From assembly GCA_963787255.1 (NCBI GenBank), contig CAWBCJ010000026.1, positions 32,001 through 96,000 on the forward strand: a stretch of 64,000 bases of DNA. The letters run 5' to 3'. Under the pieces are notes generated by a model. The model made no database searches and was not told the origin of the DNA. It saw only the letters and a list, made by a program, of their open reading frames with translations. The stretch is from Methanobacteriota archaeon. Its GTDB lineage: Archaea; Methanobacteriota; Methanobacteria; Methanobacteriales; Methanobacteriaceae. The position numbers were made by a program, and so were the translations under genes. This document shows positions 22,599 through 36,405 of this stretch, one piece after another. The first letter of the stretch is position 1, and every line of letters starts with the position of its first letter.

Positions 22599-22603
22599 TA
22601 TAA

Positions 22604-23056
22604 TTACTCCAAATAAACAATTGCAGCAACCACAGACCCTTGATTTTCTACAACATGACTTTCTTCCTCTATAATAATCTCTTTAATCTCCATATTCCTT
22701 ATTTTCATCATTTCATTTACCATAAACACCGCATGCTTTCGCACTTCCTCTGGATCCTTATTTATTTCTGAATGCTCAACTACACATCCAAAATCGTCCG
22801 ATATTGCAACGGCTATCACTGCAGTGATTATATCGCCTTCCTGCTTTGAAGTTGCGTGAGCCAGGACACAATTTATCATGTCTCCCGGTTTAAGAAATGG
22901 CAGTTCCACAAATTCTGAATCTGCAGGAATTATGCTACTGACTTTAATTAAGTTCACATCCCCTATTCCTGCGTCTAATAAAGCGTTATCAAATGCATTG
23001 AGTTTACTGGGGCCTTCTGATTTTCCTGAAGTTATTGCTATTTTCATGAGTATCAC
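22604..23056 (-). CDS. pdaD: Pyruvoyl-dependent arginine decarboxylase
   Basis: [26 protein letters not shown] with the Ser-Ser autocleavage site. Confidence 0.93.
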   Translation of the reverse strand: MILMKIAITSGKSEGPSKLNAFDNALLDAGIGDVNLIKVSSIIPADSEFVELPFLKPGDMINCVLAHATSKQEGDIITAVIAVAISDDFGCVVEHSEINKDPEEVRKHAVFMVNEMMKIRNMEIKEIIIEEESHVVENQGSVVAAIVYLE

Positions 23057-23297
23057 TTAAGATTTAAATATTGAAAAAGATAAAGCTTAAACCTACATAT
23101 AGATTATAAGATATCTGTTCTTGTATTAGATTTCGTACAGTTTGAGAGTTAATATCTATAAACTTTTTATATTATATAAATAAAAATATCTTTAAGAGCT
23201 ATAATTAATGAGTCCTTGGTACATTAATCACATTGTTTAATATATCTTTTAAACTTCATAAAGGTTCTTTAATACTATTAATTTGGAGGTAATAATT

Positions 23298-23687
23298 ATG
23301 TCAAAGAAGGTTGTAGAAGTTAAAACCTTAAAAGTAGGTAAATACGTCATATTAGACGGAGAAGCATCAAAAATCACAAGTATCCAGACATCATCACCTG
23401 GAAAACACGGCGCTGCTAAGGCAAGAGTTGAAGCTGTAGGAATATTCGATGGTCAAAAAAGAGGCCTTGTAAAACCAGTTGATTCCAAGTGCGATGTTCC
23501 AATGATCGATAAAAGAGTAGGACAGGTCCTTGCTTTAATGGGAACTGAAGTTCAGCTTATGGATCTTGAATCTTATGAAACATTCGAATTACCTCTCCCT
23601 ACTGATCTAAAAAAAGAGATAGTTGAAGGCGCAGAAGTTGAATATATCGAAGCTATGGGTAAACAGAAGATTATGAGAGTTAAATAA
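23298..23687 (+). CDS. eif5a: Translation factor aIF5A
   Basis: [12 protein letters not shown] hypusination motif. GGAGGT RBS before ATG 23298. Confidence 0.97.
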   Translation: MSKKVVEVKTLKVGKYVILDGEASKITSIQTSSPGKHGAAKARVEAVGIFDGQKRGLVKPVDSKCDVPMIDKRVGQVLALMGTEVQLMDLESYETFELPLPTDLKKEIVEGAEVEYIEAMGKQKIMRVK

Positions 23688-23772
23688 TTGGATTATACTT
23701 TTTCAATTATTTTTTTTACTATTTTTTTAATAAATTTTAATTTAAAGATAATAATAAGAGGATAAAAAGAAA

Positions 23773-24645
23773 ATGCTTTTTTACACCCAAAATCCATTAA
23801 AATTTGCTTTTTCAAAGGAATTAGGGGAACTAAACGTTGAATCAGATAGGTCTAAGAAATTTGGTATAATAGGAGTACCTTTTGATAGCACATCTACCTA
23901 TAAAACAGGTGCAAGATTCGGGCCAATGGCTGTTCGTGAGGCTTCTTACAATTTTGAAAGATACAACATGGTTTTAGGTAAAACAATTGCTGCTGAAACA
24001 TTTGATTTTGGCGATGTTGAAGTTATTCACGGTAATTTTAAAAAAACCAGTTCAAATATAGAATTTTCAATATCTGAGCTACTCGAAATGAATATTATCC
24101 CAGTAGTTATTGGTGGAGAGCATACAGTCAGTTACAGTGTATTAAAAGCATTGGACATGGAAAACACGACTGTTATCCATTTTGACGCTCATATGGATTT
24201 AAGAGACGAGTACATGGGAGAAAAACACTCACATGCTACTGCAGTACGTCGAATATTTGATTTAAATCCAATGAAAATCATTCAAATTGGCGTGAGGTCC
24301 TGTTCTAAAGAGGAAATCAAATTCGCACATGAAGAACATATAAGCTATTTCACATCTCATGATGTTAACGAAAACATTGAAAAAGTCAAAAAAGCAATAA
24401 AAGAAATTAAAGGCAAAATATATGTAAGTGTGGACATTGACGTGCTTGATCCAGCATATGCACCAAGTGTGGGGACTCCATCTCCTTGTGGATTAAATCC
24501 TTTTCAACTAGAAAGCCTGATTCATTCACTTAAAGGAAAAGAAGTTATCGGATTTGATTTAATGGAAGTTTCATCAACTGAATTTGGTGATATCACAGCT
24601 ATTAACGGTGCAAAGAGTATATATGACTTTTTATGTCTTCAATAG
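23773..24645 (+). CDS. speB: Agmatinase
   Basis: GVPFDST, GGEHTVS, DAHMDLR, DIDVLDP ureohydrolase motifs. Next to pdaD and aIF5A. Confidence 0.93.
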   Translation: MLFYTQNPLKFAFSKELGELNVESDRSKKFGIIGVPFDSTSTYKTGARFGPMAVREASYNFERYNMVLGKTIAAETFDFGDVEVIHGNFKKTSSNIEFSISELLEMNIIPVVIGGEHTVSYSVLKALDMENTTVIHFDAHMDLRDEYMGEKHSHATAVRRIFDLNPMKIIQIGVRSCSKEEIKFAHEEHISYFTSHDVNENIEKVKKAIKEIKGKIYVSVDIDVLDPAYAPSVGTPSPCGLNPFQLESLIHSLKGKEVIGFDLMEVSSTEFGDITAINGAKSIYDFLCLQ

Positions 24646-24867
24646 GTAAAAAAGTCCTTAATTATTTATTTTATTATTTAAAAAATTTATATACCATGAT
24701 TTATTAATAATTACCTATATCTAAATATAATTTAGAGGAAAAAAATACTTTAAAAAGAGTTTTTATAGGAAGATAATCCTTCAATTGCTTTGAATTAATA
24801 TAAAATTAAGTTTGTTCAATGTTATATGGATATTTATTGTTTCATTAGGTTGAATGGAGTTTTTATC

Positions 24868-26103
24868 ATGAATACAAGAGAAATTAAGCTTTCAGGACAT
24901 ATAATTGATTCCCTTATACTGCCTAAAACCTTGGATCTTATAATGGACATGGGAGGGGACTTTGAAATTCTGGATGTTCACGTTGGAAAACATAAAAAAG
25001 ACGTGAGCCATGCCAAAATAAGAGTTATAGGGGATAACGAAGCTCATTTAGGAGAAATTTTAGACGAGTTAACTGAAATAGGTGCAGTTATTGTAGAAAT
25101 TAATGAAATTGAACTTATTCCTTCAAAGAAAGATAAAACGCTCCCTGATGACTTTTATTCCACTACAAATCATCCTACATTTGTCCGGTATAACCAGAAA
25201 TGGATTGAAGTTCAAGAAATAGAGATGGACTGCATGATTGTAATTGATCCAGAGCAAGAAAGGGCATTATGTTTGCCGATAGGGAAAATAAAGAAAGGAA
25301 ATCTGGTAGTTGTTGGAAGAGAGGGTATTAAAGTCGTCCCTCCAGAAAGGCCAAGAGGTAAAAAAGGCGTATTTGAGTTCATGTCCAGCGAAGCTTCATC
25401 AGAAAAACCAGTAAGATCCATAATAGAGAGAATTGCTTCTGAAATTAGGGAAATTAAAGAAAAAGGAGGCAAAATAGCTATCGTGGCAGGGCCTGCAATA
25501 ATACATACCGGATCAGCACCAATTCTATCTAACATGATAAGAGAAGGTATTATAGATGTTTTATTTGCTGGAAATGCTCTTGCAACTCATGATATTGAAA
25601 ACGCTCTTTATGGAACGTCATTGGGTGTATGCACAAAAAGTGGTGAAGCAGTTGTGAGGGGCCATAGACATCATATTTATGCAATTAATGAGATAAACAA
25701 GGCCGGCTCAATAAAAGAAGCAGTGGAAAATGGAATATTAACAAGTGGAATAATGTACGAATGTGTTAAAAATAACGTGCCATTTGTACTTGCAGGTTCA
25801 ATAAGGGATGATGGACCTCTGCCTGATGTTATAACTGATGTAATTGATGCACAAGAAGAAATGCGGAAATATGCACAGAATGTTGATATGGTTATTATGA
25901 TTGCCACCATGCTTCACTCCATAGCAACTGGTAACATACTTCCTTCCTATGTAAAGAGCATATGTGTGGATATAAATCCTGCAACAGTCACAAAACTTGC
26001 TGATAGGGGAAGTGCACAGGTAGTAAGCATAGTTACTGATGTTGGAGCATTTTTACCAATCCTTTATGAAAATTTAGAGGGACTGGAGTGCATTAAAGAA
26101 TAA
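24868..26103 (+). CDS. TIGR00300 (LOR/SDH-like) family protein, probable ornithine cyclodeaminase
   Basis: [44 protein letters not shown] and TKLADRGS. Confidence 0.85.
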   Translation: MNTREIKLSGHIIDSLILPKTLDLIMDMGGDFEILDVHVGKHKKDVSHAKIRVIGDNEAHLGEILDELTEIGAVIVEINEIELIPSKKDKTLPDDFYSTTNHPTFVRYNQKWIEVQEIEMDCMIVIDPEQERALCLPIGKIKKGNLVVVGREGIKVVPPERPRGKKGVFEFMSSEASSEKPVRSIIERIASEIREIKEKGGKIAIVAGPAIIHTGSAPILSNMIREGIIDVLFAGNALATHDIENALYGTSLGVCTKSGEAVVRGHRHHIYAINEINKAGSIKEAVENGILTSGIMYECVKNNVPFVLAGSIRDDGPLPDVITDVIDAQEEMRKYAQNVDMVIMIATMLHSIATGNILPSYVKSICVDINPATVTKLADRGSAQVVSIVTDVGAFLPILYENLEGLECIKE

Positions 26104-26217
26104 AAAGAAAATTTTTTTGAATTTAAATTTTATTATAAGGAGTAATCTAATGGCAGAAGAAATATAATGGCGAAGAAAAATCAATCATAAACAAAAAAAA
26201 TCAAAAACATGTATAAT

Positions 26218-26586
26218 TTAGATCTTCGTTTTAAGCAACAAAATATGCGCAGTAACAGCCATACCAACAATAATCAACAATATAAAAACATAATTTTCAT
26301 TAAAAAAGAAAATAAATGACAATATTAACATAACCCATAAAAAAACAACACTCTTTATTTTTATATCTAAAGGCACACCTTTTTTAGTCTTATAATTTTC
26401 TATATAGCTTCCAAAATAGCGATTGTTAGAAATCCATCTTTCAGCTTTCTTCGAACTTTTACCAAAACAAAAAAATGAAGCTAAAACAAAAGGAGTAGTA
26501 GGCAACACTGGAACAACAACTCCAACGGCACCCACACCAAATAAGGTCACACCTAAACTAAAGAAAAATAATCGTTTTAACTCCAT
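26218..26586 (-). CDS. YbaN/DUF454 family membrane protein
   Basis: GVVVPVLPTTPFVL and FGSYIENY motifs. Confidence 0.88.
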   Translation of the reverse strand: MELKRLFFFSLGVTLFGVGAVGVVVPVLPTTPFVLASFFCFGKSSKKAERWISNNRYFGSYIENYKTKKGVPLDIKIKSVVFLWVMLILSFIFFFNENYVFILLIIVGMAVTAHILLLKTKI

Positions 26587-26621
26587 ATCTGTTCAAAATC
26601 CTAATCTTTTTTTGCAGGGAT

Positions 26622-27182
26622 TTATTTGGCGAAATGTTCCTCGAATATTCTTTCTATATCTTCTGGTTCTTTTATAATGAATGTTTTATGCATTTTAGCA
26701 AGTTTCTGGACATGTTCAACGTCTTCTTTTCTTATAGAAATTTTTAAATCTTTCCCATTAGGCAGTTTTGTAATTGTAACTCCCTCTTCGTAATCAGAAG
26801 GTAATATATAAATTGGAACATCTGCTTTTTGACCCATAATAGCAGCATTAGATATTAAAGTGTCTCCCATCCTCATGGAAATCTTGGCTACAGTGTTAGA
26901 TGTAGTTGGTGCTATTAAAAAGAAATCATATTTACCCACTTGTATTTGACCAGCTAAAAATGGTGAATTAGCATTAATTTCAACCCAAATATTATCAAAA
27001 TTTGTCTCAATCTCATTAGACAGACCATAATATTTAATAACCTGATCTCCTGATTTTGAAATAAAAACTTCTATATCAACTTGATCCTTGTACTTTTCGT
27101 TTATCTTTTTCATTGCTTGTACTGTTTTTTCTATTTTTTCACCAGCACCTGCAATTCCCCAGGCAATCTTCCTTTTTTTCAT
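26622..27182 (-). CDS. afpA: Archaeal flavoprotein AfpA
   Basis: IAWGIAGAG, NANSPFLAG, APTTSNTVAKI and DTLISNA (HFCD flavoprotein fold). Confidence 0.85.
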   Translation of the reverse strand: MKKRKIAWGIAGAGEKIEKTVQAMKKINEKYKDQVDIEVFISKSGDQVIKYYGLSNEIETNFDNIWVEINANSPFLAGQIQVGKYDFFLIAPTTSNTVAKISMRMGDTLISNAAIMGQKADVPIYILPSDYEEGVTITKLPNGKDLKISIRKEDVEHVQKLAKMHKTFIIKEPEDIERIFEEHFAK

Positions 27183-27355
27183 AGTGAAATACCTCCTTAA
27201 AGAGTTTATATAGTTTTAAAAAAAATTTAATGTTATTATATATAAATTCTCAGTGTAGTGCATATTGTATATTCATCAGTATCTTTTGTAAAAAAAAATA
27301 TGATGATTAAGTTATCCCGCGTTTAAGTATAGGGTGTAGTCCAGAACGATATGAT

Positions 27356-29555
<2,200 letters not shown>

Positions 29556-29633
29556 CTAATTCATCTATTTTAAATTTTACATAAACTGTGAATCTTTCGT
29601 CTTTAGAGCTTAATTACTATTTAATAAGGTCCT

Positions 29634-29697
29634 TTTAGAAAATATTTGAATTTTTTCTAAATATATTAATATTCTATATAGAACTCGATTCTATATA
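29634..29697. promoter_or_regulatory. Two inverted repeats between katG and the Fur-like gene (candidate operator)
   Basis: TTTAGAAAA-N10-TTTTCTAAA (29634-29661) and TATATAGAA-N5-TTCTATATA (29675-29697). Confidence 0.5.
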
Positions 29698-29743
29698 AGT
29701 TTTTCTTCGATACATTTTTATTCAAAGAAATCAATTATTATTC

Positions 29744-30130
29744 ATGGAAAAGGAATTTAGGGAACATGGAGTCAAAATCACCCCACAAAGGCTAGAACTA
29801 ATTAAAAAACTAAAAGAATTAGAGGAATCTCATCCTTCTTTTAATGAAGTCTACAAAGCCGTTAAAAACACACATCCAAATGTTAGCCGCTCCACAGTAC
29901 ATGAAAACCTAAAATTACTAGTTGAGCTGGGCATTATAAGAAGCTTTCATTATAAAGGCGAAGTTCGCTATGAAATGAACTCTGAACTCCATGTAAACTT
30001 AGCAGAACCCAGCGGGGCAATAAGAGATATTAAAAATGATGAAATTAAGAAACATCTAGCAGAGATAGAACGGATCATAAAAGAAGAGGAAGGAATAAAA
30101 ATTAAAACTTTACTGGTCCTTGTAGAGTAA
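29744..30130 (+). CDS. Fur/PerR family transcriptional regulator
   Basis: GVKITPQR, HPSFNEVY, VSRSTVHENLKLL winged helix. Divergent from katG. Lacks the CxxC motifs. Confidence 0.88.
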   Translation: MEKEFREHGVKITPQRLELIKKLKELEESHPSFNEVYKAVKNTHPNVSRSTVHENLKLLVELGIIRSFHYKGEVRYEMNSELHVNLAEPSGAIRDIKNDEIKKHLAEIERIIKEEEGIKIKTLLVLVE

Positions 30131-30274
30131 ATTAGTTATAACTTAATCTACTTTTTCTTGCATCATATCTTCCTCAACTTATAGTTTATTAATATTAAGT
30201 ATCCTAAGACAAGTCTATTTTTTTTATATTTTTATGATAAATAATTTATAAAAGTTATTAACAAAATATAATTA

Positions 30275-31333
30275 ATGAATAACATTAAAATTTCAGGAGC
30301 AGGGCCCGCAGGACTCACTGCAGCCATAAATCTTGCAAAAGCAGGTTATGAAGTCGATGTCTATGAACGAAATAAGGATGTGGGACAACGGTTTTATGGG
30401 GATCTCCAAGGACTTGAAAATTGGTCCAAAAGAGAAGATATTCTTGACGAATTTAAGAAAATGAATATTGATATAAACTTTCAATGCGATCCATTCAAGA
30501 AAATAACTGCAGCTAATGCCATAAAAATCAATGAAATAAAGGATTCACGAAGACCATTGTATTATCTTGTTAAAAGAGGGAACGTACAAGGAAGCATGGA
30601 TTTGGGATTAAAAGACCAAGCCCAAGATGCGGGAGTTAATATTCATTTTGAAAATGTAATCCATAAAGATCAGGCAGATATAGTTGCAACAGGACCAATT
30701 TCAGGAAATACTGTCGGTGTTGTTAAGGGAATAACATTTAAAACAGACCTTGAAGACACTGCTACAGTGTTATTTGATGATGAAGCCGCTTTTAAGGGCT
30801 ATGCATACCTTCTTGTAACTAAAGGTTATGGTTGCATCTCCACTGTGCTACTAGATAATTTAAATACAGTTAACTCATGCTTTGAAAGAACAAAAGAAAT
30901 CTTTATGGATATATATAAATTTAATATCCAAGAGACCAAAAAATGTGGAGGAGTGGGCTGTTTTACACTAAATAAGACATTAAATAATGGAAAAAATTTA
31001 TTTGTAGGCGAAGCAGCGGGATTGCAGGATTTATTTTTAGGTTTTGGAATTAGATATGCCATTAATTCAGGATTTTTAGCAGCAAAAAGCATCATTGACC
31101 ATGAAGACTATGAAGCAATGATTAAATCACATTTTGAGGATAAATTGAAAGCAGGGGTTGTAAATCGTTATTTATGGGAAAAATCAGGTAGAAATAATTA
31201 TTCAATTGCTTTAGATAATTTTGAATGGATTATAAAGAATTTTAACTGGATATCCAATTACAACATTTTCCAGAAAATTCTGTACCCTTTTGCATTAAGA
31301 AGAATAAAAAAGAGATATAATTGGCTCGAATAA
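30275..31333 (+). CDS. FAD-dependent oxidoreductase (geranylgeranyl-reductase-like)
   Basis: GAGPAGL, and VGEAAGLQD..GFGIRYAINSG. Confidence 0.8.
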   Translation: MNNIKISGAGPAGLTAAINLAKAGYEVDVYERNKDVGQRFYGDLQGLENWSKREDILDEFKKMNIDINFQCDPFKKITAANAIKINEIKDSRRPLYYLVKRGNVQGSMDLGLKDQAQDAGVNIHFENVIHKDQADIVATGPISGNTVGVVKGITFKTDLEDTATVLFDDEAAFKGYAYLLVTKGYGCISTVLLDNLNTVNSCFERTKEIFMDIYKFNIQETKKCGGVGCFTLNKTLNNGKNLFVGEAAGLQDLFLGFGIRYAINSGFLAAKSIIDHEDYEAMIKSHFEDKLKAGVVNRYLWEKSGRNNYSIALDNFEWIIKNFNWISNYNIFQKILYPFALRRIKKRYNWLE

Positions 31334-31430
31334 GAATTTAATTTATATAATTCTAATTTTCCATTATTTCAAAGAAGATATAAGAAACAAAAATATAATA
31401 TCTTCAATTTCAGATTAGGGAGACATTATT

Positions 31431-33038
31431 ATGATCAGAGGCAACTTAGTCGATGTATTTACTGAAGAGATCTATCCAGCAGAAATAACCATTAAAGGTA
31501 ATTTGATAGAATGCGTGAAGCCAGTTGATGCTAAATTCCAAAGATATATTTTACCTGGATTTATCGATGCTCATATACATATAGAAAGTTCAATGTTAAC
31601 ACCTTCAAGGTTTGCTCAAACTGTGGTGCCCCACGGAACCACCTCGGTGATATCAGATCCACACGAAATCGCAAATGTTTTGGGAATTGAAGGAATAAAA
31701 TACATGATTAAAGATGCAGCAAGTGTTCCTTTACAAGTATTCTTCACTGCTCCTTCATGTGTTCCTGCAACTCCATTTGAAACTTCAGGTGCAATAATTG
31801 GTGCAAAAGAAATAGATAAACTCCTCCAAATGGATGAAATAGTTGCACTGGGGGAAATGATGAATTTTCCCGGAGTTTTAGCAGATGATCCAGAAGTTAT
31901 GGCTAAAATTGAAGCAGCAAAGACATATAAAAAGCCAATTGACGGTCATGCACCTCTTTTAACCGGGAACGACCTTTGTAAATATATTGCTGCCGGTATT
32001 TCAACCGATCATGAATGCACAATCCCTGAAGAAGTTATTGAAAAAAGAAAGCTGGGAATGAAAATAATGCTCAGACAGGGCTCATCAGCTAAAAATTTAG
32101 CTGATTTAATTGATTCCGGCGGAGACTTTATCGTATCTGATGATAAACATCCGGAAGACCTCATAAAAGGACATGTAGATCTAATGCTGAAAGAAGCTGT
32201 AGACTATGGTCTTGATCCAATTGAAGCAATTAAAATGGTTACTTTAAACCCTGCAACTCATTATAATCTAAATACTGGACTAATCGCTCCAGGAAAAGCA
32301 GCAGATATCGTTATTACAGATAATTTAACAGATTTTAACGTAAAAGAAGTTTTAATTGGTGGAAAAGTAGTAGCACGCGAAGGAAAAACTCTATTTTCTG
32401 TTAAACCTCTCTTACTTCAAAGTAGCTTTAAAATAGAATATAAAAAAACCGATGATTTTGAAATAATATCCCACAAGAAAATGGAAAAAGTAAGAGTAAT
32501 TAGGACTATTGAAGGGCAGTTACTTACTGAAGAATCTGAAGCAATATTACCAGTCATTGATGGAAAAATAAGGCCAGATATAGAAAATGATATTTTGAAG
32601 ATAGGGGTTGTTGAAAGATATGGTCATAAGAAGATGACAAATGCATTTGTTCATGGATTTGGACTTCAAGAAGGTGCAATTGCTTCAAGTGTTGCCCATG
32701 ATTCACATAATATAATCGTAGTTGGAACAAACAGTCCGGATATGGCAGATGCTGTAAATAAACTCATTAAAAACAAAGGCGGACTTGTGGCCGCATCAAA
32801 AGGTAGTTTTTATTCTTTAAATCTTCCAATAGGGGGACTTATGAGCACAAAAACTGCAGAAGAAGTTGCCCTAAAACTTGAAACATTACATAATGCTTTA
32901 AAGGATATGGGATGTAAACTCAGTTCACCTTTCATGACAATGTCGTTTATGGCTCTTCTGGTGATTCCGAAACTTAAAATAAGTGATATGGGACTATTTG
33001 ACGTTGAAAAATTTGAATTTGTTGATGTAACAAAATAA
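31431..33038 (+). CDS. ade: Adenine deaminase
   Basis: [31 protein letters not shown] and VAHDSHN. Confidence 0.96.
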   Translation: MIRGNLVDVFTEEIYPAEITIKGNLIECVKPVDAKFQRYILPGFIDAHIHIESSMLTPSRFAQTVVPHGTTSVISDPHEIANVLGIEGIKYMIKDAASVPLQVFFTAPSCVPATPFETSGAIIGAKEIDKLLQMDEIVALGEMMNFPGVLADDPEVMAKIEAAKTYKKPIDGHAPLLTGNDLCKYIAAGISTDHECTIPEEVIEKRKLGMKIMLRQGSSAKNLADLIDSGGDFIVSDDKHPEDLIKGHVDLMLKEAVDYGLDPIEAIKMVTLNPATHYNLNTGLIAPGKAADIVITDNLTDFNVKEVLIGGKVVAREGKTLFSVKPLLLQSSFKIEYKKTDDFEIISHKKMEKVRVIRTIEGQLLTEESEAILPVIDGKIRPDIENDILKIGVVERYGHKKMTNAFVHGFGLQEGAIASSVAHDSHNIIVVGTNSPDMADAVNKLIKNKGGLVAASKGSFYSLNLPIGGLMSTKTAEEVALKLETLHNALKDMGCKLSSPFMTMSFMALLVIPKLKISDMGLFDVEKFEFVDVTK

Positions 33039-33059
33039 ATATGGGTGATTATTGTTTTT

Positions 33060-33942
33060 ATGAAAGTTATACCACTTGCTTTTGAAAGTTTTGGGGTGAG
33101 ATCCATGGCAACATTCGTTGAAACAGATCAGAAAATATTAATTGACCCTGGAACGTCCATTGCTCCAAAAAGATTTGGATATCCTCCTTGGAAAAATGAA
33201 TTTGAAGCACTATATAAAACAAGGGCTCGAATTGAAGAATATGCAGAAAAAGCAAACATTATAACCATTAGTCATTATCACCATGACCACTATACTCCAT
33301 TTGAACTTGGAAAATTTCTAGATTCATCTCCTAAAGCTGCACAAAAGATATATCATGGCAAAAGATTATTCATTAAACATCCTACTTCTAATATTAACAA
33401 AAGCCAACAAAAACGTGCTGCTCTATTTTTAAAGAATCTAGAAAATTTAAATTGTAAAGTATCTTATGCCGACGGAAAATCATTCGAAATCGGAGATACC
33501 GTAATAAAATTTTCAAATCCACTTTCACATGGCCCTAAGGGGAGTAAATTGGGATATGTGGTGGCTGTAACCATCCAGTGGAATGGGAGAGAGATTTATG
33601 CATGCTTCTGATGTTCAAGGTCCAATTTCTGATGAGGCGAAGCAGGTTATTCTAAGTGAAAAGCCAGATATGTTGGTATTAAGCGGTCCTCCAATTTATC
33701 TTCAAGGTTTTGCCATTGAAAGGGCTGAAATTGAAAATGCTCGCAAAAATCTAATTGAAATATCAAAGAAAATACCTAAGGTAGTTGTGGATCATCATCT
33801 TTTAAGGGATCTAAGATGCTTTAATTTTATAAAATCAGTGCAAGAAGAATCTAAAGGCGAAATATTGGTAGCATCAGAAATTATGGGTAAAGAGCCTTAT
33901 TTGTTAGAAGCAAGACGAAAAGAGTTTTATAGAAGCAAATAA
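33060..33942 (+). CDS. UPF0282 metallo-beta-lactamase-fold protein (frameshift at ~33586)
   Basis: [27 protein letters not shown] and DHHLLRD. The two ORFs join on removing one G (TGG AAT GGA GAG AGA TTT ATG). Confidence 0.88.
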
Positions 33943-34203
33943 CAGTTTGAAAAACTTTTGGAGGATTAAACTTAACGATTAGGGAATTATTTTTACTTTT
34001 ATATACTTAATTTTTATAATTGATTTTTTAGGTCTTTATTTTTGAGAAAAAGGTTGTTTAGACGCTAATTAAAAAATTAATTGTTATATAAATCTTTGTT
34101 TATAATCATATATCAAAACTTTTAAGTAATATTAAAAGAATATATAATCATCTTACTGGAAGGAATACTCTACTAACCCCTTTTTGTTATTTAATACCTT
34201 AAA

Positions 34204-35499
34204 ATGATACTATTGGAGGATATGATGGACAATGAACAAATCAATATTCTTCTTATAGAAGATAATCTCGCAGATACAGCATTAATAAGAGAAATGCTTA
34301 AAGAATCAAGAAAACCCCGATTTAAACTTTACAATGCACGAAGACTAAAAGATGGACTAGAAATACTTGATAAAAATCCAATTAATGTCCTACTACTTGA
34401 TTTAAACCTACCAGACAGCAATGGTATTGAAACCTTCCAAAAAGCTAACGAAGCAGTTTCAGGGATACCTATCGTAATATTAAGTGCATTTGACGATGAA
34501 GAAGTGGCAATTAAAGCGGTGAAAGGTGAAGCTCAAGATTATTTAATCAAAGGTACTGTTGATAGCAACCTCTTAGCCAGATCTATTTCTTATGCAATAG
34601 AACGAAAGTCAAATGAAGTAGAATTATTAGAATACCGTGACCATTTAGAAGAAATGGTTGAAAAGAGAACTATTGAATTAAAAGAAGCAAATGAAAAGCT
34701 TCAAAAAGAGATTGAAGAACGTAAAAAAGCAGAAGAAGAAATTAAATCATCACTTCTAGAAAAAAAGATACTGCTTGAAGAAATCCACAACCGAGTGGAA
34801 AATAATCTAGAAACAATTTCTAATTTAATAGGACTTGAATACTCCCAAAATAATGATAAAGAGCCTATTGAAATTTATCAAGATAGTCAAAATAGAGTTA
34901 AGGCAATAGCATTAATTCACGAACGACTTTCAAAATCGGAAGATTTCGGAATAATTGATTTTGCCAAATATGTTCAAGATCTAATTGATTATCTATTCAA
35001 AATTTTTGCAGTGGATTCTAAGCAAATTAAGGTTAATATTAATGCACAAGGGATTTCACTGGATATAGATACTGCTGTTCCTTGTGGACTTATTATTAAT
35101 GAACTTGTAACTAATTCCATAAAATATGCTTTCCCCACAACTGTAAGCAATGAGTCCGAAAATGAAAATATTTCTAGTTTGGCAACTGAAAGTAGCAATC
35201 CAGCAAAGGATACTGTTACTAATCCTATGATTAAAAGTGATGGATCTGAAAATATTTCATTTCATTGCCCTGAAGAAACTTGTAAAATAGATATAAATCT
35301 TTGTTTAGATCGTAATGATTACATATTGGAAGTATGTGATAATGGTGTTGGTTTACCTGAAGATTTTGATTTTAGATATTCAGAAACATCAGGGATGCAG
35401 ATGGTTAATGCACTTGTAAGACAGCTAGATGGCCTTATAGATCTTGAAAATAATTGTGGAACCGGATTTAAAATTACTTTCCGAGAATTTAATATTTAG
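34204..35499 (+). CDS. Hybrid receiver-HisKA_2 histidine kinase with an altered H-box
   Basis: REC (LLIED, LLLDLNLPD), coiled coil, EIHNRVENN, NELVTNSIKYAF, DNGVGLP and GTGFKITF. Confidence 0.9.
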   Translation: MILLEDMMDNEQINILLIEDNLADTALIREMLKESRKPRFKLYNARRLKDGLEILDKNPINVLLLDLNLPDSNGIETFQKANEAVSGIPIVILSAFDDEEVAIKAVKGEAQDYLIKGTVDSNLLARSISYAIERKSNEVELLEYRDHLEEMVEKRTIELKEANEKLQKEIEERKKAEEEIKSSLLEKKILLEEIHNRVENNLETISNLIGLEYSQNNDKEPIEIYQDSQNRVKAIALIHERLSKSEDFGIIDFAKYVQDLIDYLFKIFAVDSKQIKVNINAQGISLDIDTAVPCGLIINELVTNSIKYAFPTTVSNESENENISSLATESSNPAKDTVTNPMIKSDGSENISFHCPEETCKIDINLCLDRNDYILEVCDNGVGLPEDFDFRYSETSGMQMVNALVRQLDGLIDLENNCGTGFKITFREFNI

Positions 35500-36148
35500 T
35501 TAAATTCATTTTTTTCGTATGCCTTAATAAATTAGCCATGGCTTTTTTATGCTCGGCCCCACCAACACGGCTTACCAGCCTTGACATTTCATTTATCCGT
35601 TTTAAATATTCATCAGCTGTTTTATTATCCACCATTTTTATCCGGCTTAAATATACAAGGGATTCTATTACTGCAAAAATTGCCCTATTTAAAGGTTCTA
35701 CATCTCTATTTTTAATAGTAATTTCTTCAACAACTGCAGTTATTACATTTAGTTTAGATTTACCAATTTTATCCTCTTTTTCTACTTCTTTAACGCTGGT
35801 TACCACTGCAGTGAAGAATGCATCAGTTTCTTTTATATAAAAATCATTCCCATGTCTTTTAAAATAATCAGGTGAAAGATCTCCTACCGTACTTTCAACG
35901 AAAATTAATGGATCCTTTAAAATATTTACAATGAAATGTCCGTCTGATTTAATATTCTGGAGCGTATGCGTACCTTCAAAAAGATATAAAACAACTTCAG
36001 TTTTATTTTTACAGGTAACACCTATGGGAGCAGCATTAGGTGTTCCATCCGTATTTTTAGTAATTACAATTGTTTCATAAAGCAATCCTTTTTCCATTCC
36101 CACAGATTTTAGATCTTGCAATTTAACCGCCTTTGTTTTGAGCATCAA
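35489..36148 (-). CDS. DUF447 family protein (split-barrel flavin-binding-like)
   Basis: YETIVIT.N.DGTPNAAPIGV, LFEGTHTLQN and NRAIFAVIE. Confidence 0.85.
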   Translation of the reverse strand: MMLKTKAVKLQDLKSVGMEKGLLYETIVITKNTDGTPNAAPIGVTCKNKTEVVLYLFEGTHTLQNIKSDGHFIVNILKDPLIFVESTVGDLSPDYFKRHGNDFYIKETDAFFTAVVTSVKEVEKEDKIGKSKLNVITAVVEEITIKNRDVEPLNRAIFAVIESLVYLSRIKMVDNKTADEYLKRINEMSRLVSRVGGAEHKKAMANLLRHTKKMNLTKY

Positions 36149-36255
36149 TTTAGGATAATAATAGAAAATAGTAATTCTAACTAAAAAAGATTAATTAATG
36201 TAAAAAAGAAATCCATTAGGATTTTACATTTAAGGATAAAAACTGATGCAATAAA

Positions 36256-36405
36256 TCAGTATTTATCCCTGCTTTTTAGTAATATGTATATAACATAGGC
36301 TATGACCAGAATGGCAATTATTGGAAGCAGCCAGATGAACAGATAGAATGCAATCACTGCAAGTATAATAGCTATGATTATATATAATATGTCTTTAAGT
36401 TCCAT
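36256..36405 (-). CDS. 49-aa hydrophobic small protein (not in ORF track)
   Basis: MELKDILYIIIAIILAVIAFYLFIWLLPIIAILVIAYVIYILLKSRDKY*, preceded by a GGGGAT RBS-like sequence. Confidence 0.7.
   Translation of the reverse strand: MELKDILYIIIAIILAVIAFYLFIWLLPIIAILVIAYVIYILLKSRDKY

Noticed and set aside
26137-26190. RBS followed by mini-ORFs MAEEI* and MAKKNQS*
   Set aside because: Too short to support. Probably the stump of a deleted gene.
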